From IMG/VR virus record IMGVR_UViG_3300031963_000013: 64,000 bases of DNA; one strand, written 5' to 3'. Under the pieces are notes generated by a model. That model was not told the origin of the DNA and ran no database searches. It worked only from the letters and a program-made list of their open reading frames with translations. The position numbers and the translations under genes were made by a program. Position 1 is the stretch's first letter; each line of letters begins with the position of its first letter. This stretch comes from a virus. Shown here piece by piece: positions 30,916-40,405 of the stretch.

Positions 30916-31131
30916 ATGAACGCAGAAAGCATCAGAAGTTACACAAAGCGGGAGCTTCAAAATCTACCGACTATCGAACAAGCTTGGGACGGTGACGAGT
31001 TAAAGATCGACGACGGAACTGTTAGGGTGTGGTTAACGAATCGCGAGAACAGGCAGTACAACGGAGATTATACGATCGAAGTACTAATGAATGGCCGGTG
31101 GGTACAGAGCAATCAAAATTTTCCAATCTAA
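30916..31131 (+). CDS. Hypothetical protein
   Basis: Leader AAAACAAATAGCATGA is shared with the next ORF. Confidence 0.6.
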   Translation: MNAESIRSYTKRELQNLPTIEQAWDGDELKIDDGTVRVWLTNRENRQYNGDYTIEVLMNGRWVQSNQNFPI

Positions 31132-31143
31132 AAAACAAATAGC

Positions 31144-31587
31144 ATGAGCAAAAAATCAAACGAAATCGCGTTCGCAGTAAAATCGAAGTACTTTTCGGTA
31201 TACGAAGCGTACAAAAAGGAATTAGAAAAGATCGGGTACAAGTGGAACCACAATTTCAACCCGTTCCAAGAGCTAATAACAAAAGACAGAACGTGCATAT
31301 ATGTAGGCACAGGCTGGCAGGGTTACTGCGATGCACCGATGATGTCATTCAGCAACCCCGGCCGATGCGCTAGAGTGTACAATTTGGATAGCGAGTTCGA
31401 AGCGGCGGTATCTTACGCTAAGTCAGAGTACGATTGCCACAAGCTTGTGGCAATTGAAAAAGTGATTCTCAACCGCGACTATGTTGTCGAAGTGTACCAC
31501 GATAGGATAGTAGTCTGCGGGGAAACGTTCTATCAACCAGAGGTTACAGCGCTTTTCAGGGCGGCAAAAAACGCAGGCTTAGTGTAA
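31144..31587 (+). CDS. Hypothetical protein
   Basis: ORF. Confidence 0.65.
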   Translation: MSKKSNEIAFAVKSKYFSVYEAYKKELEKIGYKWNHNFNPFQELITKDRTCIYVGTGWQGYCDAPMMSFSNPGRCARVYNLDSEFEAAVSYAKSEYDCHKLVAIEKVILNRDYVVEVYHDRIVVCGETFYQPEVTALFRAAKNAGLV

Positions 31588-31869
31588 AAAGCCACCGCGG
31601 GCCAGGGGAAATTTTCTAAACAAAGCAAAATCGTATATTCAAGTATGGACAAACAATCAAGCACACTCGTAAAAGGCCTGCTGGCCGTAGCGAAAGAGTA
31701 CATCGAGTACCGGTACAAGAAAGAAGTGATATCGCTCGAACTCGAAGACGGCAGCGGCAGAAAGTTTATAGTGGTTACCAAGGACCAGCCACTGAAAAGA
31801 CAGTTCATTCGACTCTAAAAAACCACCCAGACAACCAAATAATAAGTAAATTTAAACAAAATCAAAGTT

Positions 31870-32193
31870 ATGTACACAAACATTCAACAAGCGATCGCAG
31901 CGGTAGAGTCTGCGTATCCGTCTATTTTCACAAAACAGGACGTTATCAAGCTGTTAAACAACATCGACATCAAAGACGAGGAACCCATAGCGGTAAACGT
32001 CGACGAACTGACCGACGCGGTCGAAACGCTCATAGATCACTTCGACCCTACATGCATGGTAGATTACGACAGCATCGAGCTTAGCATTAGCTACGATCGT
32101 CGCATCGATATCGAGAGCGTCGACGTAGATCTCGAAGATCTTAAAACGGAAGTGACGGTGGCCATCCAAGAGTACTTCAAAAAGAACAGCTAA
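31870..32193 (+). CDS. Hypothetical acidic protein
   Basis: AAAGTTATG start context. Confidence 0.7.
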   Translation: MYTNIQQAIAAVESAYPSIFTKQDVIKLLNNIDIKDEEPIAVNVDELTDAVETLIDHFDPTCMVDYDSIELSISYDRRIDIESVDVDLEDLKTEVTVAIQEYFKKNS

Positions 32194-32199
32194 TCTACG

Positions 32200-32249
32200 G
32201 ATCGGGTACGGTAAGCCGGTGGGCGCGGGTTCGATTCCCGCCCCGATCG
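32200..32249 (+). ncRNA. Minimal 50-nt tRNA-like element (acceptor stem plus T-arm)
   Basis: GATCGGG/CCCGATC acceptor stem and perfect GCGGG-TTCGATT-CCCGC T-arm, with only 18 nt between them. Confidence 0.65.
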
Positions 32250-32268
32250 CAAATCAAAAACAAATACC

Positions 32269-32613
32269 ATGGCAGAAAAAGAAGTTATGAACCTCGATTT
32301 AAAGGCTGTGTATGTGTGCGTGTCATCGCGCGGCAAATGGGGCAAAGGACTCAACCCGTTTGAAGCTATCAAGAATGCTGGGCTGAGGCCCAACGCCAAG
32401 ATGCAGCACTTTGTGCAGGCGGCGGTCTTCAACAACCCCACAGACGAAGAGCTGGACAATCTTTACACGTGCGTTATTGTGAACCATTACGGATCGCCCA
32501 ATTTCTACGACTTTAACAGGGACGACAGCGAGGAATCGAAACGCGATAAAGAAATGATACAGCGGTTGCTGGTAGGCTGGATGACGGTGTTCTCTAACGT
32601 TCCAAAAGACTAA
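32269..32613 (+). CDS. Hypothetical protein
   Basis: ORF after the tRNA-like element. Confidence 0.6.
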   Translation: MAEKEVMNLDLKAVYVCVSSRGKWGKGLNPFEAIKNAGLRPNAKMQHFVQAAVFNNPTDEELDNLYTCVIVNHYGSPNFYDFNRDDSEESKRDKEMIQRLLVGWMTVFSNVPKD

Positions 32614-32794
32614 GACCGGTCGATCGTTAAACGTATATCGATATCGACGTATACGGCCGGGGGCCGGGCATTGTACAGTGTATACCGCGAGTTGGTGCTA
32701 TCCCATGAGCGTTTGGGTCACGTTGGGCGCAGCCAAATAACAAACGATGTAAAACCATAAGCTTGAAAAAGGCTGTGCCCAACAGCGCCCGGTG

Positions 32795-32969
32795 CGCTCC
32801 CAACGCAACTGATTGGTTTTCAAAGGATTGCTAATCTGTTGGTTGTCAATCGGTTGTAAATTCTTCATTGGAAACCAATGGACTATTTTTTAAAATATTT
32901 TTTTGTTTGAAGGGTTTGGGGTACTTTTACCTTTCACCGCTGACAAAACAGCGACTGTACAACGTTATG
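32795..32969 (+). repeat. TTG-N5-CAA array plus promoter/leader, duplicated at 37155-37341
   Basis: Boxes at 32813, 32839 and 32868. The leader TACTTTTACCTTTCA.CGCTGACAAAACAG.GACTGTACAA.GTTATG is shared. Confidence 0.8.
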
Positions 32970-33230
32970 AAAGTAAGTGAATTGAATTTAACAATCGGGC
33001 AAAAGATCAAGCTTTACGTAAAAGTAGCAAGCGACGGATCCGGCCGTGCAATGGGACGCGGCATAGACGGTATCGAAAGCAATTTGGTGGAAGTCACCTG
33101 GAACGGGGGCATCTACGACGGTACTATGGGTAGCGCTATTCTGTTGGACGGAACTCACATAGGCATGCCGATATCTGCGAAAGACGTTATATCTGCGAAT
33201 CCTGAACTTAAACCAAAAAACTTAAACTGA
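32967..33230 (+). CDS. Hypothetical protein
   Basis: ATG after the shared leader. Confidence 0.6.
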   Translation: MKVSELNLTIGQKIKLYVKVASDGSGRAMGRGIDGIESNLVEVTWNGGIYDGTMGSAILLDGTHIGMPISAKDVISANPELKPKNLN

Positions 33231-33375
33231 GATGATCAATATTAATCGAAACGTTAGACAAAAGATCGAACAGGTAACCTATTGTGCAACTGTCTGTTTT
33301 GCTGTTATAACCATATCTCTTTGGGTTATAGGCAACATCGCTCTAATAATAAAACAACTAATAAAATAAAACGTT

Positions 33376-33780
33376 ATGAACGCAACATTAAAACAACAGC
33401 TCGAAGCATTTGAAAACGGAAAGTACGTAGACTCAAGCGGCAGAGAAGATCGTTGCTTCAACTTCTACGATTGGTTCTGTAGGGAATCTTCGCTTGAAGG
33501 AAAAGCAAAAAGACTTTTCGCGGTAGTTAAACGTTGGGTAAAAGAACGCAATACGGATACTGATAAGGTCTACGTATTCTTCAAAAACAACTGCCCTGTT
33601 AACGGACCTTTGTACGATGACTTTCGTATATGTGACTTAGAAACCGGAAATGTGATATGGACAGTTATACCAAAGTGTGGACACTCAGGCAAAGCAGAAG
33701 TTTGGGGAAGACAAAACAACTTCGAAGGCCCAATAGTTACCGCAGAAAATATGACGGGTATCTACAAACAATCATTCTAA
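33376..33780 (+). CDS. Hypothetical phage protein
   Basis: FYDWFC...YVFFKNNCP..GPLYDDFRICD. Confidence 0.75.
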   Translation: MNATLKQQLEAFENGKYVDSSGREDRCFNFYDWFCRESSLEGKAKRLFAVVKRWVKERNTDTDKVYVFFKNNCPVNGPLYDDFRICDLETGNVIWTVIPKCGHSGKAEVWGRQNNFEGPIVTAENMTGIYKQSF

Positions 33781-33798
33781 AAACAAAAACAATAGGTT

Positions 33799-34581
33799 AT
33801 GCAAATTTCATTATTTCAGCGCTACAAAGCTTACATTAACTCATTATCGATTGGAGAAACATACACTACCGACGATCTATACAAAAACGTCGGTTGCCAC
33901 GAGTCTTCTACTTGGTGGAAAAAACTTAACAAGCAAAGAATGTACCGCACATCAACGTACCAGACGTACCTTAAAAGGCTGGGCGCCTTGGAAAACGTCA
34001 AGCGCGGCACATGGAAGGTGTTGCACCACATTCCTGAGTGGTTCTATTCAAAGCACATGAATTACTTATTGGGTTACAGCGATAGATCAAGCGCAGAAAG
34101 CTTGGCAGTATTAGAAGCGATGGGTTGCCCTAAGGAAGCTATGCAGTCCATCTATATACCCGAATCGCAACGCACCAACCCGTTTAAATTAACTTCTTTG
34201 CAAACGGTGAGTTCTCCAAGCAAAGCAATCAATTCAATCATTAAATCAGAATCTCAAATAACTAATACGAACAATTCAACAAAAGCCGGTAATAGCGAAA
34301 CAGTATCAATCGATGTAAGACTGTTAAAGAAACTGTACGATGGTGCAAGCCAAGACATGAAAGATAGATTGCGGAAAGAATACGCTCCTCACTTTGAAAC
34401 GTTTTACGATTTTGGAGACTCGTTAGAACTTTCAACATCCCGCTTTGCGGGTCCACTCATGATCGCAAAAGGTCTTGCAGAAATGGGATACGAGAAAAAG
34501 TGTTTGGTAGTCGCATGTAATTACGAGCTCCACACTAAAATCTCCGGAGAAAACACCTTCCTTTACTTTATTGAGAAGTAA
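33799..34581 (+). CDS. Hypothetical protein (possible N-terminal wHTH)
   Basis: ORF; STYQTYLKRLG..RGTWK. Confidence 0.6.
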   Translation: MQISLFQRYKAYINSLSIGETYTTDDLYKNVGCHESSTWWKKLNKQRMYRTSTYQTYLKRLGALENVKRGTWKVLHHIPEWFYSKHMNYLLGYSDRSSAESLAVLEAMGCPKEAMQSIYIPESQRTNPFKLTSLQTVSSPSKAINSIIKSESQITNTNNSTKAGNSETVSIDVRLLKKLYDGASQDMKDRLRKEYAPHFETFYDFGDSLELSTSRFAGPLMIAKGLAEMGYEKKCLVVACNYELHTKISGENTFLYFIEK

Positions 34582-34643
34582 GCGCTTTATACTGGTAAGT
34601 ATTATACCAATAGGTAAAAAAATTGTAAACGAAAATAAAAGTT

Positions 34644-35333
34644 ATGAAACTGTTAACAACGCAAAACTACAAGACAACAAAGGGAGAAAAGCTCGGTATC
34701 CTCACAGGTATACTGTATTTGGCTCCCGCAAAAATATCGGGTTTCGAAGTTTGCCCACGCAGGTCAGAGGGTTGTACGCAAGCGTGTTTATATTCTGCCG
34801 GCCGCGGCGCCTTCAGTACCGTACAAAAGTCTCGAATAGCAAAGACAAAGCTGTTCTTTGAAAATCGTGAAGCATTCATGAACACTCTCAGAAAGGACAT
34901 CAAGTCTATTGTCAAGACAGCAGAGAAGAAAAACATGGTACCTGCCGTAAGGCTCAACGGTACTTCCGACATCGAATGGACCCGCACAGGCATCATGGAA
35001 GAATTTCCCGATGTTCAGTTCTACGATTACACAAAAGTGCTGAACAGGTTGGATAAACAGTTGCCCAAGAACTACCACGTTACGTTCAGCAAGAACGAAG
35101 CTAACGAAGTAGAGTGCGAAGCTGCTTTGAAAATCGGTGCAAACGTTGCGGTTGTTTTCGATACAAAAAAGGGTGAACCATTACCAGCAGAGTGGAAGGG
35201 TTTCCCAGTTTACGACGGCGACGATACAGATGCTCGCTTCTTGGATCCAAAAGGTGGCCACGTAATAGGCCTAAGGGCAAAAGGTAAAGCCCGCAAAGAC
35301 ACAACAGGTTTCGTAGTAAAATTAAACAAATAA
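34644..35333 (+). CDS. Gp88-like protein
   Basis: CP..S.GC..ACL..AGRG, VRLNGTSDI, FYDYTK and DGD..D.RFLDP motifs. Confidence 0.8.
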   Translation: MKLLTTQNYKTTKGEKLGILTGILYLAPAKISGFEVCPRRSEGCTQACLYSAGRGAFSTVQKSRIAKTKLFFENREAFMNTLRKDIKSIVKTAEKKNMVPAVRLNGTSDIEWTRTGIMEEFPDVQFYDYTKVLNRLDKQLPKNYHVTFSKNEANEVECEAALKIGANVAVVFDTKKGEPLPAEWKGFPVYDGDDTDARFLDPKGGHVIGLRAKGKARKDTTGFVVKLNK

Positions 35334-35736
35334 GTATGAAAAAAATAAAACAAATGGTCGAAAGCGCTTTTACAAAGATGGACGCTATCAATATGTTGAA
35401 TACGTGGAAACTGTTCGGTAACATCAGTGATAAGCAGTACGAAGCCGGCAGAGCTCTAATCAGAAAAGAGTTTGGAGAATAACAAAATATAAAATCAATA
35501 AAACATTAAATGTATGATATATATGCCACTAGACCCCTTAGAACAACGCATTACATACATCCTCACAAAGCATGGAGCTTCACATTACAATATTAAATCT
35601 TATTTAGAAGACATATTTACCTTCAGTGATAGAGAATTATATCAAGAAGCAGATGATGAAGTTATTATTGAAGACTTTGAAGATTGGTTGGTAAAATAAA
35701 ATTTTAATATTATATTTAAAATATGGAAAATAAACG

Positions 35737-35964
35737 ATGACAAAATATAAAAGCTTCTATCCGCCTGTATGCCTTCAGGGCCCGATCAGTAAACAGTGGT
35801 GCTTCGGTTACGGTAAAGAAGACGATTACATAGAAGTGACTGAATGGGTCAACGGTGCGGGTTTCGACGTGGACATTGAGACGAGTCAAAGACAGCGGTT
35901 TCAATTGACGTGGGAACAGTACGAAGCTCTGAAAGCGTTGGTAAACAAAATAGAAAATCAATAA
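35737..35964 (+). CDS. Hypothetical protein
   Basis: YIEVTEW.NG.GFDV. The KSFYPPVC start resembles the SWIM gene (KSLYPPVC). Confidence 0.6.
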   Translation: MTKYKSFYPPVCLQGPISKQWCFGYGKEDDYIEVTEWVNGAGFDVDIETSQRQRFQLTWEQYEALKALVNKIENQ

Positions 35965-35975
35965 AACAAAATATC

Positions 35976-36410
35976 ATGGCAACAAGATCAATGATTGGAA
36001 AACTGAACGAAGACAAAAAAACTGTAACCGCTATCTACTGTCACTGGGACGGTTACTTAGAGAACAACGGTCAACTGTTAACTGAGAACTATGCAGATGC
36101 AAATAAGATCGATCAGCTGTTAGCGCTTGGAGATCTGAGTGTATTGGGCGAGGAGATCGGTGAGAAACACGATTTCGATACGACCGTTGAAAATAGTTGT
36201 ACCGCTTACGGAAGGGATAGGGGTGAAGAGGGCGTAGAAGCAAAAACGTACTCAATAGAGGAGTATAACTATAGCGATGCAGGAAACAAAAGAGGCGTAA
36301 GCTACGTTTATCTATTCGACGGAAAAGAGTGGCTGTATCAAGACTACAGCGCTAAAGGATGGAAACCGGTATCTATTAACTTGAAACTATTAAAAGAAAC
36401 AGCACGATGA
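35976..36410 (+). CDS. Conserved phage hypothetical protein
   Basis: MATRS.IG...IYCHWDGY...GDLS...AYGRDRGE. Confidence 0.75.
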   Translation: MATRSMIGKLNEDKKTVTAIYCHWDGYLENNGQLLTENYADANKIDQLLALGDLSVLGEEIGEKHDFDTTVENSCTAYGRDRGEEGVEAKTYSIEEYNYSDAGNKRGVSYVYLFDGKEWLYQDYSAKGWKPVSINLKLLKETAR

Positions 36411-36585
36411 ACAAAGTAGAAGCTTTCGTAGAATTGCAAATGAACGCCAACGCAGAAATAGACGAGCTCGGTGAAGTTTCAGAATACACAGCAAAAAAGC
36501 TTGAAGAAGTTGCAGATTTGCTATCACCAAAAGAAATAGAAGAAGCTATACAGCTATACGATAAAATAACAAAACCTTCCGACAA

Positions 36586-37077
36586 ATGAGCTTAAAAAGA
36601 CTAACTTTAGAAGAAGCAAAAATGTACAGGAAACTTCCTCAAGACGACCCAAGAACTATAAAACACGCGGTGGCATTCACGCTAACGCATGTTGAAGGCG
36701 AATCGGGTTGGGAAGAAGTTACCTACTACGGTGAGGGCATGATAGACCCTTCCCACGCTATAGCCAAACCCGAGTACGTCTACGTTCTCGTCAACCAATC
36801 GGTACCGGGTATATGCAAGATAGGCATGACTACCACTTCTGTTGCACAAAGAACAAAGGAGATAAACTCAGCCACAGGAGTTATAACGCCGTGGTACTGC
36901 GTATACAGCTACAGGTGTTTGAACTCGGCTTTACTCGAAAAGGAAGTGCACCACAGACTAGAAAGCATGGGATACCGAGTGAACGATAGGCGAGAGGGAT
37001 TTCGCATCGAGTCTGATAAAGCTGAGCTCATAATCGAAGAGGCAGCCAAATCAATCATGATTCAGGGATCCCCATAG
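36586..37077 (+). CDS. T5orf172/GIY-YIG-family protein
   Basis: YVYVL.N...KIGMT...R.KEI..ATGV...LEKEVH...REGF. Confidence 0.8.
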   Translation: MSLKRLTLEEAKMYRKLPQDDPRTIKHAVAFTLTHVEGESGWEEVTYYGEGMIDPSHAIAKPEYVYVLVNQSVPGICKIGMTTTSVAQRTKEINSATGVITPWYCVYSYRCLNSALLEKEVHHRLESMGYRVNDRREGFRIESDKAELIIEEAAKSIMIQGSP

Positions 37078-37154
37078 TTCACTCCAGCGCTCACCCTTTA
37101 ACCCAATTTTAGGCGCTTAGGTTACCACAGCCTCATGGATCATACATTGGCCAT

Positions 37155-37341
37155 GAGCTCCTGGGCTGATTCGGGTGTAACTGATTGGAAACCAACCTGT
37201 TGCTAATCCGTTGAAAACCAATCAGTTGTAAATTCTTCATTGGAAACCAATGGACTATTTTCCACCGAATTTTTTTATTTCAACCCTTTTATGTACTTTT
37301 ACCTTTCAGCGCTGACAAAACAGTGACTGTACAAAGTTATG
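37155..37341 (+). repeat. TGAGCTCC plus TTG-N5-CAA array plus promoter/leader
   Basis: Boxes at 37185, 37211 and 37240, with the same 26/29 spacing as the 32813 copy. Confidence 0.8.
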
Positions 37342-37602
37342 AACAAAATTAGTTTTATAGTAGGTCGCGATCGCGGAATATTCCTTCAGAAGGAATTAGA
37401 AGCTTGGGAAGGAGGTAAGAAAAATTGGAAGCTTGAAGTAAAAAACGAAGATGGTATTGATTGGTTGTATGTTGAAATTACAGACATCGGTAGCGTAGAT
37501 GCGCTCATACTCTTCCATGCAGGCGTAAGTGCAGGCTTCAACGCTGCAGTTGGCAGTTTAAATTCAAAAAAAGGTGTAACCGATAACGTAAATAACTATT
37601 AA
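37339..37602 (+). CDS. Hypothetical protein
   Basis: Follows the shared leader. Confidence 0.6.
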   Translation: MNKISFIVGRDRGIFLQKELEAWEGGKKNWKLEVKNEDGIDWLYVEITDIGSVDALILFHAGVSAGFNAAVGSLNSKKGVTDNVNNY

Positions 37603-37626
37603 TTAAACCAATAAAAATCAAAAGTT

Positions 37627-37983
37627 ATGACTCAACAAGAGATAAAAGAAATGGCAAAACGCGTGGTAGGAGACGGAGGCACGCCAAACAAGTGGTTCGT
37701 TACAACCGGTCCATACTATAGATCGAACGTATCAAACCCTGACTGGGAGTTCGAACTGATGGATGGATACTCAGAAAAAGACGTGTACACTTACGGACCT
37801 TTTGATACGTATGAAGATGCTGTCGATTGTTACGAAGCAGAAACGCTTTACGCAGACTCGGGCGTGTGCCAGGCGTTTATCGAAGACAGAAAGTGCGGTA
37901 CCGTAAGGGAGAAGTGGCTCACCAAAAAAGTGGTTGTAGAGTACGAAGAAGATGAAGTAGACCATTCGAAGATATTTTATTAA
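37627..37983 (+). CDS. Hypothetical protein
   Basis: AAAAGTTATG start context. Confidence 0.65.
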   Translation: MTQQEIKEMAKRVVGDGGTPNKWFVTTGPYYRSNVSNPDWEFELMDGYSEKDVYTYGPFDTYEDAVDCYEAETLYADSGVCQAFIEDRKCGTVREKWLTKKVVVEYEEDEVDHSKIFY

Positions 37984-38264
37984 ATTTAAAAAAAAGACAT
38001 GATCAAAAAGCTATTGAACTCAATTAAAGAATTCCTTTTAGGCCAACGCAGAACCGGAGAAAAGGCGTATCCTCGAGTAAACAACGCTGTGAAAAATTAC
38101 CAAGAATTCACCAAAGACGAAATGGAAGCGTTCAACCGCTGGTGTTACGAATTAAATTTCAGTGGAATGTACCAAAGAAAACAATCTTAAAACCGAAAAC
38201 AAAAACTTTTATACATCGACTTAACGTTGTATATTTACTATGTATTAATAATCAAAAACAGTTT

Positions 38265-38531
38265 ATGAAAAAACAAACAGCAAAAAGGACGTCTAACCGT
38301 CCAACGAGCTACAGAAAGCTCACTTACATTCAAAAAATGTCGTTAATCAACCGCAAACTCCGCATGGGTGATGTGTCAACTGTAGCAGAAGCTACAGGTT
38401 ACTCTACAACTCACGTGTCTGATGTGTTAAGCGGCAAGCAGTTCAACGATCGTATCGTTAACGAAGCTTACGACTACACCCGTGGACGCTTAGCTAATAC
38501 AATTAAGATCCAGAGACTAGCTACAGCCTAA
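38265..38531 (+). CDS. Small basic HTH DNA-binding protein
   Basis: GDVSTVAEATGYSTTHVSDVLSG; has its own promoter at 38230. Confidence 0.7.
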   Translation: MKKQTAKRTSNRPTSYRKLTYIQKMSLINRKLRMGDVSTVAEATGYSTTHVSDVLSGKQFNDRIVNEAYDYTRGRLANTIKIQRLATA

Positions 38532-38591
38532 CTGGTACTCGGAACCTTTAAACACCTCTCGCTAACGTAAGGTTCGCGATTTGTTACAACA

Positions 38592-38646
38592 AGATCGGTA
38601 AGTATGTGCATTTCTATGCATTACGCGCCGATCTTTTCTATTTTTT
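38592..38646 (+). terminator. Stem-loop with U tract after the HTH gene
   Basis: AGATCGG...CCGATCT followed by T runs. Confidence 0.45.
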
Positions 38647-38672
38647 AACTAAAACGATACAAAATAAAAGTT

Positions 38673-38987
38673 ATGCCAAAAGCTACAGTAAAAATAACAG
38701 ACAAAAAGAACAAAGTTATTTTCGAAAAGACGTGGGAAACAGCAGACGTGTCTAAGGCTGCACACAAGTTTTCTTCAATGTATCCGGATTGCTGGGTAAA
38801 TGTAACCGCTGACGAGAATAATTTCTCGGCGCTTTCTCCCATGAACATGCACAGGGACGAGAGACTTGTAGAAGAGGGACTATTGAGTTTTAACAAGTAC
38901 GTGACTAGGTGGTACGGCAAACAAGTAGCGAAGAAAACTGTAGAACAGGAATTAATTAAAGAATTCGGAGAAGAGGATATGGTGTAA
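38673..38987 (+). CDS. Hypothetical protein
   Basis: AAAAGTTATG start context. Confidence 0.65.
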   Translation: MPKATVKITDKKNKVIFEKTWETADVSKAAHKFSSMYPDCWVNVTADENNFSALSPMNMHRDERLVEEGLLSFNKYVTRWYGKQVAKKTVEQELIKEFGEEDMV

Positions 38988-39059
38988 TCGTACGCAAAAC
39001 TAACATTTTTTAGTATCAACCCAATGCTATAGATTTATATAGATTAGTAAAAAAACAAA

Positions 39060-39146
39060 GGAGGTTTGGCAGAGCGGTCGAATGCGTCGGTCTTGAAAAC
39101 CGAAATACGGGAAACTGTATCTGGGGTTCGAATCCCTGAGCCTCCG
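39060..39146 (+). tRNA. tRNA-Ser(TGA)
   Basis: Cloverleaf with anticodon arm TCGGT-CTTGAAA-ACCGA and a long variable arm. Confidence 0.92.
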
Positions 39147-39149
39147 CTG

Positions 39150-39223
39150 GGACCCTTAGCTCAATTGGTTAGAGCACCTGACTCATAATCAGGGGGTCGT
39201 AGGTTCAAGTCCTACAGGGTCCA
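39150..39223 (+). tRNA. tRNA-CAT (elongator Met or Ile2)
   Basis: GGACCCT/AGGGTCC acceptor and CCTGA-CTCATAA-TCAGG anticodon arm. Confidence 0.92.
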
Positions 39224-39443
39224 CAAAAATAAACTCATGAAAAAAGTAAAAATAACTGAAGAGGACTTACAGATAATTCAGTACTATTTAAAAGAAGCAA
39301 ACGAATACGGACTTGCAGTTGAGGTTGTGGCTTGGGCTCTTAAAAGCATGAAGGAGAATTCGCAAATAAGCGTATCAACAGCTATCGCTTTGGGAGCTTC
39401 AGAATGGGTAAAATAAAATCAGTAACCAAAAACCAAACATAAG

Positions 39444-39593
39444 ATGAAGAAAATCATCGCAATTACGATGGCTGCTTTTTTATTAGCGGCGTGTGGCTCA
39501 GGAGAGAGCACAGAACAAGTTACGACAGATTCTACAACAGTTGATTCTACAGTCGTTGATTCCGTTAAAGTAGCTGTAGATAGCACTAAGTAA
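39444..39593 (+). CDS. 49-aa lipoprotein
   Basis: MKKIIAITMAAFLLAAC lipobox followed by DST-rich repeats; below the ORF-track cutoff. Confidence 0.75.
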   Translation: MKKIIAITMAAFLLAACGSGESTEQVTTDSTTVDSTVVDSVKVAVDSTK

Positions 39594-39602
39594 TACGGAA
39601 AC

Positions 39603-39757
39603 TATCGGGTGGTGAAAAGCGTACGCACGGCATACACACCCTCTCGTCTCGAGGGCGCTGATTAGGAAACAGGTAACAGGATACGGGTTGACCACGAAGC
39701 ATGCTAATTTGTCTTTTACTGAATCCCAGTGTGAAGGTTCGAATCCTTCCCCGATAG
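39603..39757 (+). ncRNA. Oversized tRNA-like RNA (155 nt)
   Basis: TATCGGG/CCCGATA acceptor, GAAGG-TTCGAAT-CCTTC T-arm and CCCTC-TCGTCTC-GAGGG arm. Enlarged D loop and ~75-nt variable region. Confidence 0.65.
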
Positions 39758-39770
39758 CAAAAACTAAAAT

Positions 39771-39871
39771 AGTCAGGTGGCGAAATTGGTAACGCAAGCC
39801 TTCACAGAGCAACTGAACCGCAAGTGAGTGAAGCACGTAGGTTCTTACAGGTTCGAATCCTGTCCTGACTA
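39771..39871 (+). ncRNA. tRNA-like element with variable core (copy 2)
   Basis: AGTCAGGTGGCGAAATTGGTAACGC ... ACAGGTTCGAATCCTGTCCTGACTA. Confidence 0.75.
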
Positions 39872-40087
39872 CTATGAGTAAGAGATACTCAGAGTCTTTA
39901 ATTCAAGACTTAAACAATGAATAGGGTATTGGACTGGACATCCTTAAACGCCAGTCTCTTTGGAATAAAGCTAGGTAACAGAGGCTCCAAGTAGTTTGAC
40001 TAATTTTAAGAGGGTAAGACCCGCAGGTTTATTGAAAGAAAGAAAACCGATACATCTACTCACCTGTAATCTCAAGGTGGGGAATAT

Positions 40088-40185
40088 AGTCAGGTGGCGG
40101 AATGGTAGACGCAGTTGATTACAACCCCGAGGTAAAATCTTGGCGCAAAAAGAGTTGATTACAGGTTCGAATCCTGTCCTGACTA
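40088..40185 (+). ncRNA. tRNA-like element with variable core (copy 3)
   Basis: Same constant arms with an unrelated middle. Confidence 0.75.
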
Positions 40186-40202
40186 TTAAAACAATAAAAG
40201 TT

Positions 40203-40400
40203 ATGAGATGTAAAATTATTGACAACAGAAAAGAAGGACAACAAAGAATAATTAGTAAGTATCTTTTCATTCCTAAAAGGATTGGAGATGAACGTAGATG
40301 GTTGGAAAGAGTATCTATCAAACAAACTTTATATAGAATGTTTGACGTAACTTGTGGTTCATGTTGGTGGGAATGGAGAGATACTGAGTGGGTAGATTAA
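40203..40400 (+). CDS. Hypothetical protein between tRNA-like elements
   Basis: AAAACAATAAAAGTTATG leader. Confidence 0.65.
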   Translation: MRCKIIDNRKEGQQRIISKYLFIPKRIGDERRWLERVSIKQTLYRMFDVTCGSCWWEWRDTEWVD

Positions 40401-40405
40401 AACAT

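Noticed and set aside
32614-32670. Palindrome-rich stretch (ACCGGT, CGATCG, GATATC, CGGCCG)
   Set aside because: It is a single occurrence of short palindromes with no supportable function.
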